Shown piece after piece: positions 37,538 through 47,555 of a stretch of 64,000 bases of DNA (its first letter is position 1; every line of letters begins with the position of its first letter). The stretch spans positions 573-64,572 of the forward strand of contig CAZJFM010000007.1 of the NCBI GenBank assembly GCA_964545365.1, in the 5' to 3' direction. The position numbers and the translations under genes were made by a program. The notes under the pieces were generated by a model. It had not been told where the DNA came from, ran no database searches, and saw nothing but the letters and a program-made list of their open reading frames with translations. The DNA is from an uncultured Candidatus Competibacteraceae bacterium (GTDB lineage Bacteria > Bacteroidota > Bacteroidia > CAIKAF01).

Positions 37538-37819
37538 ATGAAAGAAGGAATTCACCCCAAAGAATATCGCTTAGTTGTATTTAAAGACGTTTCCAACGAT
37601 TTTTCTTTTCTCACACGCTCTTGTGTGCCTACCAAAGAAACCGTTGAATGGGAAGACGGCAACGAGTATCCTTTGTTCAAAGTCGAAATTTCCAATACTT
37701 CGCACCCTTACTTTACAGGTAAGATGAAGTTGATCGACACCGCAGGACGGGTAGACAAGTTCATGAATCGCTACAAAACGCACAAATCGCGCGCTCAAAA
37801 GAAAAGCAACGAAGGTTAA
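37538..37819 (+). CDS. rpmE2: 50S ribosomal protein L31 type B (zinc-independent paralogue)
   Basis: [11 protein letters not shown]…HPYFTGK…[13 protein letters not shown]. Lacks the CxxC pairs, which is the type-B form. Confidence 0.85.
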   Translation: MKEGIHPKEYRLVVFKDVSNDFSFLTRSCVPTKETVEWEDGNEYPLFKVEISNTSHPYFTGKMKLIDTAGRVDKFMNRYKTHKSRAQKKSNEG

Positions 37820-37896
37820 ATCCTTCGCCGGAATCCTTCGAAGATAGAAAACCAGTTCAAGGAAAAATATTCCATCGTTTTTCTGAAGATGATACA

Positions 37897-37927
37897 AAGG
37901 CCCCTTTAATTGGGGCTTTTTTGTTTT
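37897..37927 (+). terminator. Rho-independent terminator after rpmE2
   Basis: AAGGCCCC-TTTAATT-GGGGCTTTTTTGTTTT: an 8-bp GC stem followed by a T-run. Confidence 0.65.
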
Positions 37928-38004
37928 CTAACATGTAAATAAATCCGGTAGCGAACCCGAATCTTTTATCGGAGCACCCGGCCCGGATGCTGCGGAAAGC
38001 CCAC

Positions 38005-38092
38005 AGCAACTCCATTTAGGGAGCCGTGGGCTGTGGAGGCCCCCGATGCTTCGGGGGACCCCGCAAGCCCCGGAACCCTTAATGAAGGGGCG
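38005..38092. repeat. GC-rich palindromic intergenic element, family 1, copy C
   Basis: Core GGAGGCCCCCGatgcTTCGGGGGACCCCG with outer stem CTCCATTTAGGGA…CCCTTAATGAAGG. Confidence 0.6.
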
Positions 38093-38174
38093 AGGACTTG
38101 CAGCAAGCAGCCGGAAAAGCCGGCCAAATTCACACCATTCCCCATTTACCATTCATCCTTCGTATTTTCGAACC

Positions 38175-39362
38175 ATGATTGCAACCTTGTTCGACGACCC
38201 CGAATTGAAGCCGCACTTGTATCCTTTTAGCGCGGCACGACCTATAGCAGACATTCGCTTAGGTGGGCTTACGCTGCTTGAAAAATGGCAGTCGGATATG
38301 CCGGACCTGGAATGGCAGCATGCTACTTCGACCTTGCTTCAGCCCTTGTATCCTAAAAAATCCGAGGATTCCAAACTGTGGATTTCAGGAGCTCTATTGC
38401 CTGATTACGAGATTGTTAAGGCCATATCAGAACTACCGCCGGCGCATACCCTCACCACCCCTGAAGGCGAGATTTTGGCTTGGCATCACGAAGGTCAAGG
38501 ACAGCACCCCTGGGAAGCCGGGCAATCGCCTGCGCAAACCCGAACGTACAGCAGGCCGGTTCAGCGCTTTACCCGTATATGGCAGGTGTTTGAGCTATTG
38601 CATCAAGAAATTAAGCGCGACATTCAACGAGTTGGTGCCCGCCCCCAAGCGCTTCCTGCAAGCGCCGGAGTAACCATAATTGGAGACCCCAAACTCGTAT
38701 TCATGGCCCCCGGGGCAAAGGCTTTGGCTTGTACCCTCAACACAAGCGCAGGTCCCATTTTTTTGGATGAGGATAGCGAAATTATGGAAGGAGTCAACGT
38801 TCGGGGGCCCCTGTTTTTGGGCAAACACAGTACGCTAAAGATGGGCGCAAAAGTGTATGGCGCAGTAGCTACGGGTCCTGAAGTTAAATTGGGCGGCGAG
38901 GTAAGTCAGGTGCAAGTGCAAGGCTACAGCAACAAAGGGCACGACGGATTTTTGGGGCACAGCATGCTGGGCGAATGGTGCAATTTAGGCGCAGATACCA
39001 ACAACTCCAACCTAAAAAACAACTACGCACCCGTAAAGCTTTGGAATGCGGCAATGGGCCGTTTCGAGGCCACAGGCCTCACCTTTTGCGGCCTCTTTAT
39101 GGGCGACCACAGCAAATGCGGCATCAACACCATGTTCAATACCGGCACCGTAGTGGGCTTTAGTGCCAACATATTTGGCAGCGGTTTTCCACGCAACTGG
39201 ATTCCCGATTTTAGTTGGGGAGGAGCCGCAGGCTTTAGCAAATACAAACTCGACGCCGCTATCGAAACCGCCACGCGTATGATGGAACGCCGCGGCCTAA
39301 GCTTTGATGACCGCCACAGGCGCGTATTTCAAAGCCTTTTTGAGGAGTCGGTAAGCAACTAA
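38175..39362 (+). CDS. GlmU-like putative sugar nucleotidyltransferase with C-terminal left-handed beta-helix
   Basis: N-terminal LYPFSAARPIADIRLGGLTLLEKW nucleotidyltransferase-like motif. C-terminal hexapeptide repeats (GAKVYGAV…GGEVSQVQVQG…). True start is at the internal MIATLF. Confidence 0.6.
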   Translation: MIATLFDDPELKPHLYPFSAARPIADIRLGGLTLLEKWQSDMPDLEWQHATSTLLQPLYPKKSEDSKLWISGALLPDYEIVKAISELPPAHTLTTPEGEILAWHHEGQGQHPWEAGQSPAQTRTYSRPVQRFTRIWQVFELLHQEIKRDIQRVGARPQALPASAGVTIIGDPKLVFMAPGAKALACTLNTSAGPIFLDEDSEIMEGVNVRGPLFLGKHSTLKMGAKVYGAVATGPEVKLGGEVSQVQVQGYSNKGHDGFLGHSMLGEWCNLGADTNNSNLKNNYAPVKLWNAAMGRFEATGLTFCGLFMGDHSKCGINTMFNTGTVVGFSANIFGSGFPRNWIPDFSWGGAAGFSKYKLDAAIETATRMMERRGLSFDDRHRRVFQSLFEESVSN

Positions 39363-39418
39363 ACGAATACACATTGTTTGTTTTGGCCGCCGGACGGGCT
39401 TTCCGCTATAGTCCTCGG

Positions 39419-39500
39419 TCCTCCATTAAGGGCTGCGTGGCTTACGGGGTCCCCCGAAGCATCGGGGGCCTCCGCAGCCTGCGCATCCCTAAATGGAGGA
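39419..39500. repeat. GC-rich palindromic intergenic element, family 1, copy D (inverted relative to C)
   Basis: The reverse complement reads …CCTCCATTTAGGGatgcgcaggctgcGGAGGCCCCCGATGCTTCGGGGGACCCCGtAAGCC. It is nearly identical to copy C, including the 5-nt loop. Confidence 0.6.
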
Positions 39501-39730
39501 CCTGTGGGCTGCCGCTGCAATCCCTGGCGGAGGAGACATGAGATTGTTGATGCATTGCTGTTCCCGCGGTAATCCTGCCCTCAGACTGGGGTCTACATTT
39601 AAGTACCTTAAAAACACAAGGCGTAAACAGCCTCACTTTTATTTATAGCCTTTATTGGTTCAACAGCCTTTAGGGCCTGAATTTGGAGCTCAACAACAGG
39701 TCATACCTAAGCGGATATGGGAAGAAAGGC

Positions 39731-40318
39731 TCATTGGTTCGGGAACAGGGTACTTATTTCCTGCTCTATGGACGGTAAAAACTCCAAACTTAATCGTTCT
39801 ATTACGGGGTAATGCTTCAGCCAAAGTTCAATGGTTTGCTCCGGGGAATTAAAGTTGGGGCGGCGCTTTTGAAATCTGTGAATGGTTTGTGCCATATAGC
39901 TTTTGTCACCGTACTTTTCTAACCAAGCCTGCGATTTCATATAGCCAAAAACCCGCTGAAAATCAGGAGTAAATGCCTCTTGCTTTTGTTCAAGTGTTTC
40001 ATGGAAGGTTAGGCAAAATGTTTCAAGGGCCTTGGGGTGAAAAAGCCCCCAATGCCTGCCTAGATAGTGGTCGAGCAATACGTCTGCAATAACTCCGGAA
40101 TAATGACGAATGTGTGGAAAAAAAATGGCTCGAATTTCACGAATGCATGGATGGCTGTCGGTATATTGGTCGATATGCCGGTGTATCGCTAAACCTTGCC
40201 TCATTTCGGAATTCCAATCGGGTACTTTGGGGTTTTCCAAAAAGTCTCCCATCATATTGCCCAATTGAGTTTCGGCTGAATAATTGCGACTTAGCCAGGC
40301 ATGTCCTAAAAAATTCAC
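39731..40318 (-). CDS. acpH: Acyl carrier protein phosphodiesterase
   Basis: MNFLGHAWLS…GNMMGDFL…HRHID…DHYLGRHW parallels E. coli AcpH (MNFLAHLHLA…GNLLADFVRG…HRRID). Confidence 0.75.
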   Translation of the reverse strand: MNFLGHAWLSRNYSAETQLGNMMGDFLENPKVPDWNSEMRQGLAIHRHIDQYTDSHPCIREIRAIFFPHIRHYSGVIADVLLDHYLGRHWGLFHPKALETFCLTFHETLEQKQEAFTPDFQRVFGYMKSQAWLEKYGDKSYMAQTIHRFQKRRPNFNSPEQTIELWLKHYPVIERLSLEFLPSIEQEISTLFPNQ

Positions 40319-40371
40319 GGCCTAAAAATAGAATTATATAACGGGAGCTAAAAGGCCTATTTTTGCAGGAT

Positions 40372-41121
40372 ATGGATAAATTACTTCTGCTTCATGGCTT
40401 AAACGAGTGGGATGGAATGTGGCAAGGCATGTTTCCCTATCTGGATTCAACAGTGGAGGTGAAAGCCGTCAATTTTCCCGGCTTTGGTGGAACGGCTGAG
40501 CCACTTCAGCCCTCATTCGGTCCCCGGGAGATGGCTCATTGGCTCTCTGCACAAGAGTGGTTTCAGGCTGAGGAAAAGTGGCATGTGGCAGGGCATTCCA
40601 TGGGCGGTTATGTGGCTTTTGAACTGCTTAGTTTGTGTCCTGAAAAGCTATGCAGCGTAATGGCCATTAATAGCACGGCTGAAGCCGACAATGGGCAGCG
40701 CAAGCGCAACCGAAACCGAACCATAGCCTTGCTTCAGCAAAAGCCGGCATTGTATTTTAAAGAGTTTGAGCAACTGCTTTTTTCTTCTTTGCCTATGGAT
40801 ACTCCCCCTCAGGTGTTGGAGGAATTCAGAAGCCAATGGACTTCCATTGCCCCTGGTTTTTTGATTACCGTATTGACAGGTCTTAGAGATAGGCCATCGT
40901 ATTGGGAAGTATTGGCCAATACCAAGGTTCCTTGGTGTTTTTTTCAAGGCAATCAAGATCCCTTAATAGACATGTCTGTTTTTAATGAGCGCATGCTTCC
41001 ATGGCCGAATCGTTGCCTGCGCTTTACGGGAGGGCATTTGCTTCCATTAGAAATGCCGCAGCGTTTGGCAGAGGCCCTTCTAATGCAAATGCGCCAAGTA
41101 GTGCGTGCGGCTGCCCGGTAA
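40372..41121 (+). CDS. Alpha/beta-fold hydrolase
   Basis: Nucleophile elbow GHSMGG, N-terminal LLLLHG and a C-terminal GGH motif. Confidence 0.6.
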   Translation: MDKLLLLHGLNEWDGMWQGMFPYLDSTVEVKAVNFPGFGGTAEPLQPSFGPREMAHWLSAQEWFQAEEKWHVAGHSMGGYVAFELLSLCPEKLCSVMAINSTAEADNGQRKRNRNRTIALLQQKPALYFKEFEQLLFSSLPMDTPPQVLEEFRSQWTSIAPGFLITVLTGLRDRPSYWEVLANTKVPWCFFQGNQDPLIDMSVFNERMLPWPNRCLRFTGGHLLPLEMPQRLAEALLMQMRQVVRAAAR

Positions 41122-41140
41122 TTATGCTTAATTTTGAGCC

Positions 41141-42487
41141 ATGCAAACGGCTGCATATTATACCTTGGGCTGTAAGCTCAATTTTGCGGAAACCTCTACC
41201 ATTGCAAGGCAACTGGAGGAAGCAGGAATTCAAAGGGTTGACTTTGAACAAGGTGCCGATGTCTATGTGATCAATACGTGTTCGGTTACAGACCATGCGG
41301 ACCGCAAATGCAAAAAGGTAGTAGCGGAGGCCAAACGGATGAATCCAGAGGCCAAAATAGTAGTGGTGGGCTGTTATGCTCAATTAAAGCCGGAGGAAAT
41401 TGCTGAAATTCCGGGAGTTAACCTGGTATTGGGTGCCCGCGAAAAGTTCAATGCGCTCTCATTTTTAAACGATTTGCCGGATAGGCAAGAAAAAGCCAGC
41501 ATTGCACGGGTGCATATTAAAGAAACCCGGCAATTTCACCATGGCTTTTCCTACGGCGATCGCACCCGTACGTTTTTAAAGGTACAGGACGGTTGCGATT
41601 ATTTTTGCTCTTTTTGTACCATTCCTTTGGCCCGCGGAAGGAGCAGAAATCCAAGCATTGCGGAGGTTTTAGAACAGGCAAAAGCAGCCAAAGAAAAAGG
41701 TGCGGCCGAACTTGTACTTACAGGGGTCAATATTGGTGATTTTGGTAAGTCCAATGGAGAAACTTTTTCTGAGCTGGTAAAAGCGCTCGACCAGGAGCCG
41801 TGCATGCCCAGAATACGGATAAGCAGCATTGAGCCCAATTTGCTAAGTACGGAAATTATTGAGCGAGTTGCAGCAAGTAAGGTGTTTCAACCGCATTTTC
41901 ACATTCCGTTGCAAAGCGGGTCGGATAGTCTGCTCAAAGCCATGCGCCGCAGGTACAGAACCGAACTTTATGCCAATCGAGTTGCCAAAATTAAGGCACT
42001 CATGCCTCATGCATCTATAGGTGTGGACGTTATCGTAGGCTTTCCCGGAGAAACCGAAGCGCTTTTCGAAGAAACCTATGCTTTTTTGCAATCTTTAGAG
42101 ATTTCCTATTTGCATGTGTTTACTTATTCAGAGCGCCCGAACACTACCGCTTTAAGGCTTTCCGGCTCGGTACCCTTTAAGGTGCGAAAAGAACGCAATA
42201 AGCGCCTGCGTATTTTGTCGGATAAGATGCAGGAGGCGCATTACCAAAAGCATTTGGGCTCTCAACGGGAGGTCCTCTGGGAACATCAGGGGCAAGATCA
42301 GCACATGTTGGGCTACACCGACAATTACATTCGGGTAGTTAAAGCCTATGACCCCGAATTTGCCAACGAAACCGAAACCGTTAAGCTGGACAAAATAGAT
42401 CCGGAACAGGGCTGGGTGCTTACCAAGTCCATAATAACTGCAGATAATATACCGGCGGGTCTTAAACACCGACTCGTACAACCCTAA
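41141..42487 (+). CDS. mtaB: tRNA (t6A37) methylthiotransferase MtaB (radical SAM, MiaB-like)
   Basis: YYTLGCKLNFAETS…DVYVINTCSVT…VVGCYAQ matches YqeV/MtaB. Radical SAM motif CDYFCSFC. TRAM-like C-terminus. Confidence 0.8.
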   Translation: MQTAAYYTLGCKLNFAETSTIARQLEEAGIQRVDFEQGADVYVINTCSVTDHADRKCKKVVAEAKRMNPEAKIVVVGCYAQLKPEEIAEIPGVNLVLGAREKFNALSFLNDLPDRQEKASIARVHIKETRQFHHGFSYGDRTRTFLKVQDGCDYFCSFCTIPLARGRSRNPSIAEVLEQAKAAKEKGAAELVLTGVNIGDFGKSNGETFSELVKALDQEPCMPRIRISSIEPNLLSTEIIERVAASKVFQPHFHIPLQSGSDSLLKAMRRRYRTELYANRVAKIKALMPHASIGVDVIVGFPGETEALFEETYAFLQSLEISYLHVFTYSERPNTTALRLSGSVPFKVRKERNKRLRILSDKMQEAHYQKHLGSQREVLWEHQGQDQHMLGYTDNYIRVVKAYDPEFANETETVKLDKIDPEQGWVLTKSIITADNIPAGLKHRLVQP

Positions 42488-42491
42488 TCTT

Positions 42492-43790
42492 ATGTTTCCA
42501 ACATTAAATTATTTAATAAACTACCTGTTTGGCACTGAACTAAGTTTGGAGTTTCCTCCTTCTTTTGGCACGCTTGTGGCCTTGAGTTTTATTGCTGCGG
42601 CTTGGGTCTTAATGAACGAGTTAAAGCGGAAAGAGTCGCTCGGCTTGGTGCAAGGTAAAACCTTAGAAATTGAGGTCGGAAAACCCGCATCTCCGGGTGA
42701 ATTGGCCGGGCAGTTTGCTTTAGGCTTTGTTTTGGGACTTAAATTGGTTGGGGCTTATATGGATGCCGATGTGTTTAGAATCAATCCCCAAGCTTATTTG
42801 CTTAGCACCCAAGGCAGCTTAATTGGCGGCTTGTTAGGAGGAGCCCTTTTTGCCTTTTTAAGGTACCGCGACAAACAGAAAAAAGCCTTGCCCAAGCCTG
42901 AAAAAAAGAAGGTTTTGTTGCGTCCTTACGAAATGACCGGTAGCATTACCATTGCTGCTGCTATTTCCGGTCTCATTGGGGCAAAAATTTTTCACCAGTT
43001 GGAATATTTCGATCAGTTTATCCAAGACCCCATTGGAAATTTAATTTCAGCTTCCGGTTTAACGTTTTATGGTGGTCTTATTGGCGGCTTTTTAGGTGTT
43101 TGGTGGTTTGCCAGGCGCCAAAAGCTAAAGCTCATCCATATTGCCGATGCGGTGGCCCCCGGACTTATTTTGGCTTACGCTTTAGGACGCATTGGCTGTG
43201 GATTATCCGGCGATGGCGATTGGGGCATTGTGAACTCCGCGTATCGAATTACAGAGGACCGAACTTATGTTATGGTACCTAAGGAGGATTTTGAAACAGA
43301 CATTCGCCAGGATGGAGTATATCGATATTTTGCTGAAAGCCCCCAGGAGGTAGATCATGCCTATTATCCTAAGCCTCAAGCCCTATCTTTTTTGCCGGAC
43401 TGGTTGTTTGCCTTTGATTTCCCTCATAATGTAAACAGGGAAGGAATTCCTATGCCTGAATGCCAAGGAACAGAAATGACCTATTGCAGCCGCTTACCCA
43501 TGCCTGTTTTTCCAACCATGGTATATGAAACCATTATGGGTTTGCTGATTTTTTTGGTTTTGTGGTTTGGTCGAAAACGATGGAGCGTTCCGGGACAAAT
43601 TTTTATGTGGTACTTAATGCTTAATGGTTTGGAGCGCTTTGTAATTGAACAGATTCGTGTCAATTCAGAAATGCAATTCTTGGGAATTACCCTTACCCAA
43701 GCAGAATTGATAGGTGCGCTTCTTTTTGCCGGCGGTTTACTGGGCATTGTTTTTATTCGAAAACTTAGTCCATGGTTGCAAAAGCTGTAG
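42492..43790 (+). CDS. lgt: Prolipoprotein diacylglyceryl transferase (long form with periplasmic insertion)
   Basis: Lgt signature GRIGCGLSGDGDWG and an H-P-T-Q-L-Y-E-like block (FPTMVYETIMG). Multiple TM helices. Confidence 0.7.
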   Translation: MFPTLNYLINYLFGTELSLEFPPSFGTLVALSFIAAAWVLMNELKRKESLGLVQGKTLEIEVGKPASPGELAGQFALGFVLGLKLVGAYMDADVFRINPQAYLLSTQGSLIGGLLGGALFAFLRYRDKQKKALPKPEKKKVLLRPYEMTGSITIAAAISGLIGAKIFHQLEYFDQFIQDPIGNLISASGLTFYGGLIGGFLGVWWFARRQKLKLIHIADAVAPGLILAYALGRIGCGLSGDGDWGIVNSAYRITEDRTYVMVPKEDFETDIRQDGVYRYFAESPQEVDHAYYPKPQALSFLPDWLFAFDFPHNVNREGIPMPECQGTEMTYCSRLPMPVFPTMVYETIMGLLIFLVLWFGRKRWSVPGQIFMWYLMLNGLERFVIEQIRVNSEMQFLGITLTQAELIGALLFAGGLLGIVFIRKLSPWLQKL

Positions 43791-44572
43791 GCTGGGATTC
43801 CGATTTTCAGCAAAAGGTACGGACGGAACTTCATGCCGCAGGAAGGTATTTGGCGGAAGCTTTTCAGAGTTTCGACAGACAAAGGGTGGAGTATAAGGGA
43901 ACGCACGACTTAGTTAGCTATGTAGACAGGGAAACCGAGGCCATGCTTACCAAAGCCTTGGCTAAAATTGCGCCGGAATTTGCCATGTGGGGCGAAGAAC
44001 AAGGCGACCAAAGAAGGGGAGGAGGGGATTATTGGATTTTAGATCCCTTAGATGGAACTACCAATTTCATTCATGGATTACCCCATTTTGCCATAAGTCT
44101 GGCCATGGTAAAGGGTGGAAACATAGTGGCCGGTCTAATTTTGGAACCGCTTAGCGGAGAACTTTTTGAAGCTTGGCAGGGTGAGTCGGCACGGATGAAT
44201 GGGGAAACCCTAAAAGTGAGTAGTAAGGAAAGCCTAAACCAGAGCTTGATTGCGACCGGTTTCCCGGTGAAAAATACCGAAGATGCCGAACACATTGCGG
44301 AATGGGTACCAAAACTTATGCGGAATACCCGAGGTCTTAGACGCTATGGAAGTGCAGCTATTGATTTGGCATGGACAGCCAAAGGAATTTACGAAGGCTT
44401 TTACGAAATTGGTCTAAGCCCTTGGGATGTGGCTGCCGGTGCGTATATTGTAGAAATGGCCGGAGGCAAAGTCTCCGGAATTCAATCCGATAAAGACTGG
44501 CTATATGAGGGACAAATTTTGGCTACGAATGGGAAAATCCATGAACCGCTTCGGCATTTGCTTGATTGGTAG
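43772..44572 (+). CDS. Inositol monophosphatase family protein (SuhB-like)
   Basis: IMPase motifs WILDPLDGTTNFIHGLPHFAISLA and WDVAAG. The exact start is uncertain because it overlaps the end of lgt. Confidence 0.75.
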   Translation: MVAKAVGWDSDFQQKVRTELHAAGRYLAEAFQSFDRQRVEYKGTHDLVSYVDRETEAMLTKALAKIAPEFAMWGEEQGDQRRGGGDYWILDPLDGTTNFIHGLPHFAISLAMVKGGNIVAGLILEPLSGELFEAWQGESARMNGETLKVSSKESLNQSLIATGFPVKNTEDAEHIAEWVPKLMRNTRGLRRYGSAAIDLAWTAKGIYEGFYEIGLSPWDVAAGAYIVEMAGGKVSGIQSDKDWLYEGQILATNGKIHEPLRHLLDW

Positions 44573-45935
44573 CTTTGTACTGCCTCTTTCCTTTGCTTTT
44601 GCTCAACAACCTCAAGAAGCTACTTCCCCTGAGTATAAAAAAGTATTCCGCTTTTCTATAGAAGAGGAAATCGCCGCACCCGCTGCTAAGCTCACCGAAA
44701 TGGCTTTGGAAGAATCTAAAGCTTGGGGCGCCGACTTGGTCTTGGTGGAAATGGATACTTACGGAGGGGCCGTAGATGCGGCCGACGAAATTCGAACCGC
44801 ACTCTTGAGTCATTCTACTCCGGTATGGGTATTTGTTAAAAACAACGCGGCTTCGGCAGGTGCTTTTATTGCCTTAGCTTGTGATTCTATTTTTATGCGC
44901 CCCGGAGCAACCATGGGCGCAGCTACCGTGGTAGGACCCGATGGCGAAAAAGTAGATGAAAAGTACCAGTCTTTTATGCGCGCCAAAATGCGGGAAACCG
45001 CCGAACGAAACGGACGAAATCCAAACATTGCTGAAGCTATGGTGGATGGATCCGTAGTGGTTCCCGGTGTAAATGACTCAGGAAAGGTGGTGTCTCTCAC
45101 CAGCTCTGAAGCATTGGATGTGGGTTTTTCCGAAGGCACGTTTCAAACGGTGGAGGATATTCTGGACCATTATGGGCTTCAAGGCGCTATGCAAAATAGC
45201 TATCAGGAATCTTCTCTAAGCTCTGTGGTACGTTTTTTTATGCGTCCTGCCGTTTCCGGGATTTTGGTAACCATAATTTTTCTGGGCCTTATTTTTGAAC
45301 TTCAAACTCCGGGAGTAGGTTTGGCCGGAGCCGCCGCTCTAGGTGCAGCCGTGCTCTATTTTATTCCCAATTATTTGGAGGGACTGGCCGAAAGCTGGGA
45401 AATTCTCTTGTTTTTAGTCGGCCTAATATTGATTGCTCTTGAGATTTTTGTTATTCCCGGCTTTGGAGTTGCCGGCGTTCTTGGAGGTTTATTTACCCTT
45501 ACCTCCCTGGTGTTAGCTGTCTCCGGAACCGTTGAATCTAAGGATTTTTCTTTTCCAATTCCGGATGTGAATCAGGTAGTTTTCGGGGTACTTATGGTAG
45601 GAATTGCATTTTTTGCCAGTACCGGAATAGCCTTGCTTTTAGGCTACAAGTTGATAGGAAGCGCGCTGTTTCGTAGGGTAGAAGTGGCCTCTGTCCAACG
45701 CAAAGAAGATGGCTATACAGCGCAAGGAACATGGGACCCCAAGCAGTTTGTAGGCCAACATGGTGAGACCGAAACCCCTATGCGTCCGGGGGGGACCATT
45801 CTTTTGAACGGAAACTCCTACGAAGCAGTTTCGCTCACCGGCTGGCTTGACTCCAAATGCCCGATTAAGGTTACCGGCTACACGGGCTTTGTTTTGGAGG
45901 TGGTGCCTTTGGATGAAGCTTCACCCAAAGCTTAA
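44541..45935 (+). CDS. NfeD-like membrane-bound ClpP-class serine protease (long form)
   Basis: ClpP-like domain (…VLVEMDTYGGAVDAADEIRTAL…NNAASAGAFIALACD…) followed by TM helices and a C-terminal OB-fold-like segment. Confidence 0.65.
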   Translation: MNRFGICLIGSFVLPLSFAFAQQPQEATSPEYKKVFRFSIEEEIAAPAAKLTEMALEESKAWGADLVLVEMDTYGGAVDAADEIRTALLSHSTPVWVFVKNNAASAGAFIALACDSIFMRPGATMGAATVVGPDGEKVDEKYQSFMRAKMRETAERNGRNPNIAEAMVDGSVVVPGVNDSGKVVSLTSSEALDVGFSEGTFQTVEDILDHYGLQGAMQNSYQESSLSSVVRFFMRPAVSGILVTIIFLGLIFELQTPGVGLAGAAALGAAVLYFIPNYLEGLAESWEILLFLVGLILIALEIFVIPGFGVAGVLGGLFTLTSLVLAVSGTVESKDFSFPIPDVNQVVFGVLMVGIAFFASTGIALLLGYKLIGSALFRRVEVASVQRKEDGYTAQGTWDPKQFVGQHGETETPMRPGGTILLNGNSYEAVSLTGWLDSKCPIKVTGYTGFVLEVVPLDEASPKA

Positions 45936-45974
45936 CCGTTGGATTGTGTAGATTTGTAGCTCAAATTTAACTGC

Positions 45975-47555
45975 ATGGGATTCTTCACCCTTTTTTTAAT
46001 CACCCTTATCCCGGTCCATTTTGGATTGTATAAGTTTTTCCAAAAGGCCGGCCAAGAAGGTTGGAAGGCCTTGATACCTGTTTATAATTACCTGATATTT
46101 TTGAAACTCACCGGTAAGCCCTGGTATTGGGTAATTTCCTTGCCGGCTCCGGGCCTAAACCTTATCACTTTTTTTGGTATGGTGGTGGCTTTTTTCAAAA
46201 GTCAAGGGGTCAATGACTCCAAAAACTTATGGAAGCTTTGCTTAACCTATCCCTATGCTATCCCGAAATGGGCCATGGACGATTCCAAAGCCTATGTTCC
46301 CGTAGATCAATTGCCCTCAAAAAGAACCAAAGCGCAAGAGTGGACTGAATCTATATTGTTTGCTGTGGTAGCCGCTTCCATGATTAAAGTATATGTGGCC
46401 GAACCTTACAGAATTCCTTCTTCTTCCATGGAAGATGAATTGCTTACCGGTGATTTTTTGGTGGTTTCTAAGTTTCACTACGGTGCTAAAGTTCCTCAAA
46501 CGCCTTTGAGTTTTCCTTTTGTACACAACACCTTACCTTTTTTGGGAACTACCCCTTCGTTTTTGGAATGGTGGAAAGTACCCCAAATGAGGTTGCCGGG
46601 TTTTTCTAAGGTAGACCGAAACGACATCATTGTCTTTAATTTCCCGGTAAACGATACCATGATTGTAGATGAAGAAATGAAGGCCTTCAGTTACTACAAT
46701 TTTGTGTACGACAACGCCGACCAATGGCTTATGCAACAAGGAATTCCTCCTGCCGCTACCACCAAAGAACAATGGGAAACAGCTCTGGCAGTAAGCCGTA
46801 AAGCGTTTACGCAACAATTTGAGCTCAGGGCGCTGCCGATAGACAAACGAGAGAATTTTGTGAAGCGCTGTGTGGCAGGACCCGGCGATGTATTCGAAAT
46901 GCGAAATGGTCAAGTCTACATCAATGGAGCTCCCGGCACAAATCCAGAAATGATTAGCCACTTTTATAGGGTCTATCCTTCTACCAACCTAAGCACCAAA
47001 ACCAAAGAAGCACTAAAGGAATTCTATTTCTCCATGGAAGACCAACGTTTGGCAGGTAATGGTATTTTGAATCTGAACCAAAAACAGGTAGATGTTTTGA
47101 GAACCACTCCCGGTGTGGATTCCGTAGTGATGTATGTGGACCAACCCGTCCACGATAGGTCCCTTTGGCCAAACCATCCCGGCTTCAACAACAGCATCGA
47201 CGAATTTCAGCCCTACACCATTCCCGCGGAAGGGATGACCGTTTCTTTAAGCCTCGATAGTTTGCCTTTGTATGAGCGTATCATTCGCGCTTACGAAGGC
47301 CGATCTTTGGAAGTAAAGAACGGAAAAGTATACATTGATGGAGCAGCTGCAGACACCTACACGTTTACCCAAAACTACTATTGGGCAATGGGCGACAACC
47401 GTTGCAACTCTCTGGATAGCAGGTATTGGGGACCGGTGCCCGAAGACCATATCGTAGGAACACCCTTCTTGGTAGTGCTGTCTTTTGATGGCGATGTGCG
47501 CGGTAATTTTATCAAACAACTACGCACCGACCGCTTCTTTTATCTTCCCGAATGA
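45975..47555 (+). CDS. lepB: Signal peptidase I (long Bacteroidota type)
   Basis: Box B IPSSSMEDELLTGDFLVV (Ser nucleophile). Box E GDNRCNSLDSRYWGPVPEDHIVG. Confidence 0.8.
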   Translation: MGFFTLFLITLIPVHFGLYKFFQKAGQEGWKALIPVYNYLIFLKLTGKPWYWVISLPAPGLNLITFFGMVVAFFKSQGVNDSKNLWKLCLTYPYAIPKWAMDDSKAYVPVDQLPSKRTKAQEWTESILFAVVAASMIKVYVAEPYRIPSSSMEDELLTGDFLVVSKFHYGAKVPQTPLSFPFVHNTLPFLGTTPSFLEWWKVPQMRLPGFSKVDRNDIIVFNFPVNDTMIVDEEMKAFSYYNFVYDNADQWLMQQGIPPAATTKEQWETALAVSRKAFTQQFELRALPIDKRENFVKRCVAGPGDVFEMRNGQVYINGAPGTNPEMISHFYRVYPSTNLSTKTKEALKEFYFSMEDQRLAGNGILNLNQKQVDVLRTTPGVDSVVMYVDQPVHDRSLWPNHPGFNNSIDEFQPYTIPAEGMTVSLSLDSLPLYERIIRAYEGRSLEVKNGKVYIDGAAADTYTFTQNYYWAMGDNRCNSLDSRYWGPVPEDHIVGTPFLVVLSFDGDVRGNFIKQLRTDRFFYLPE

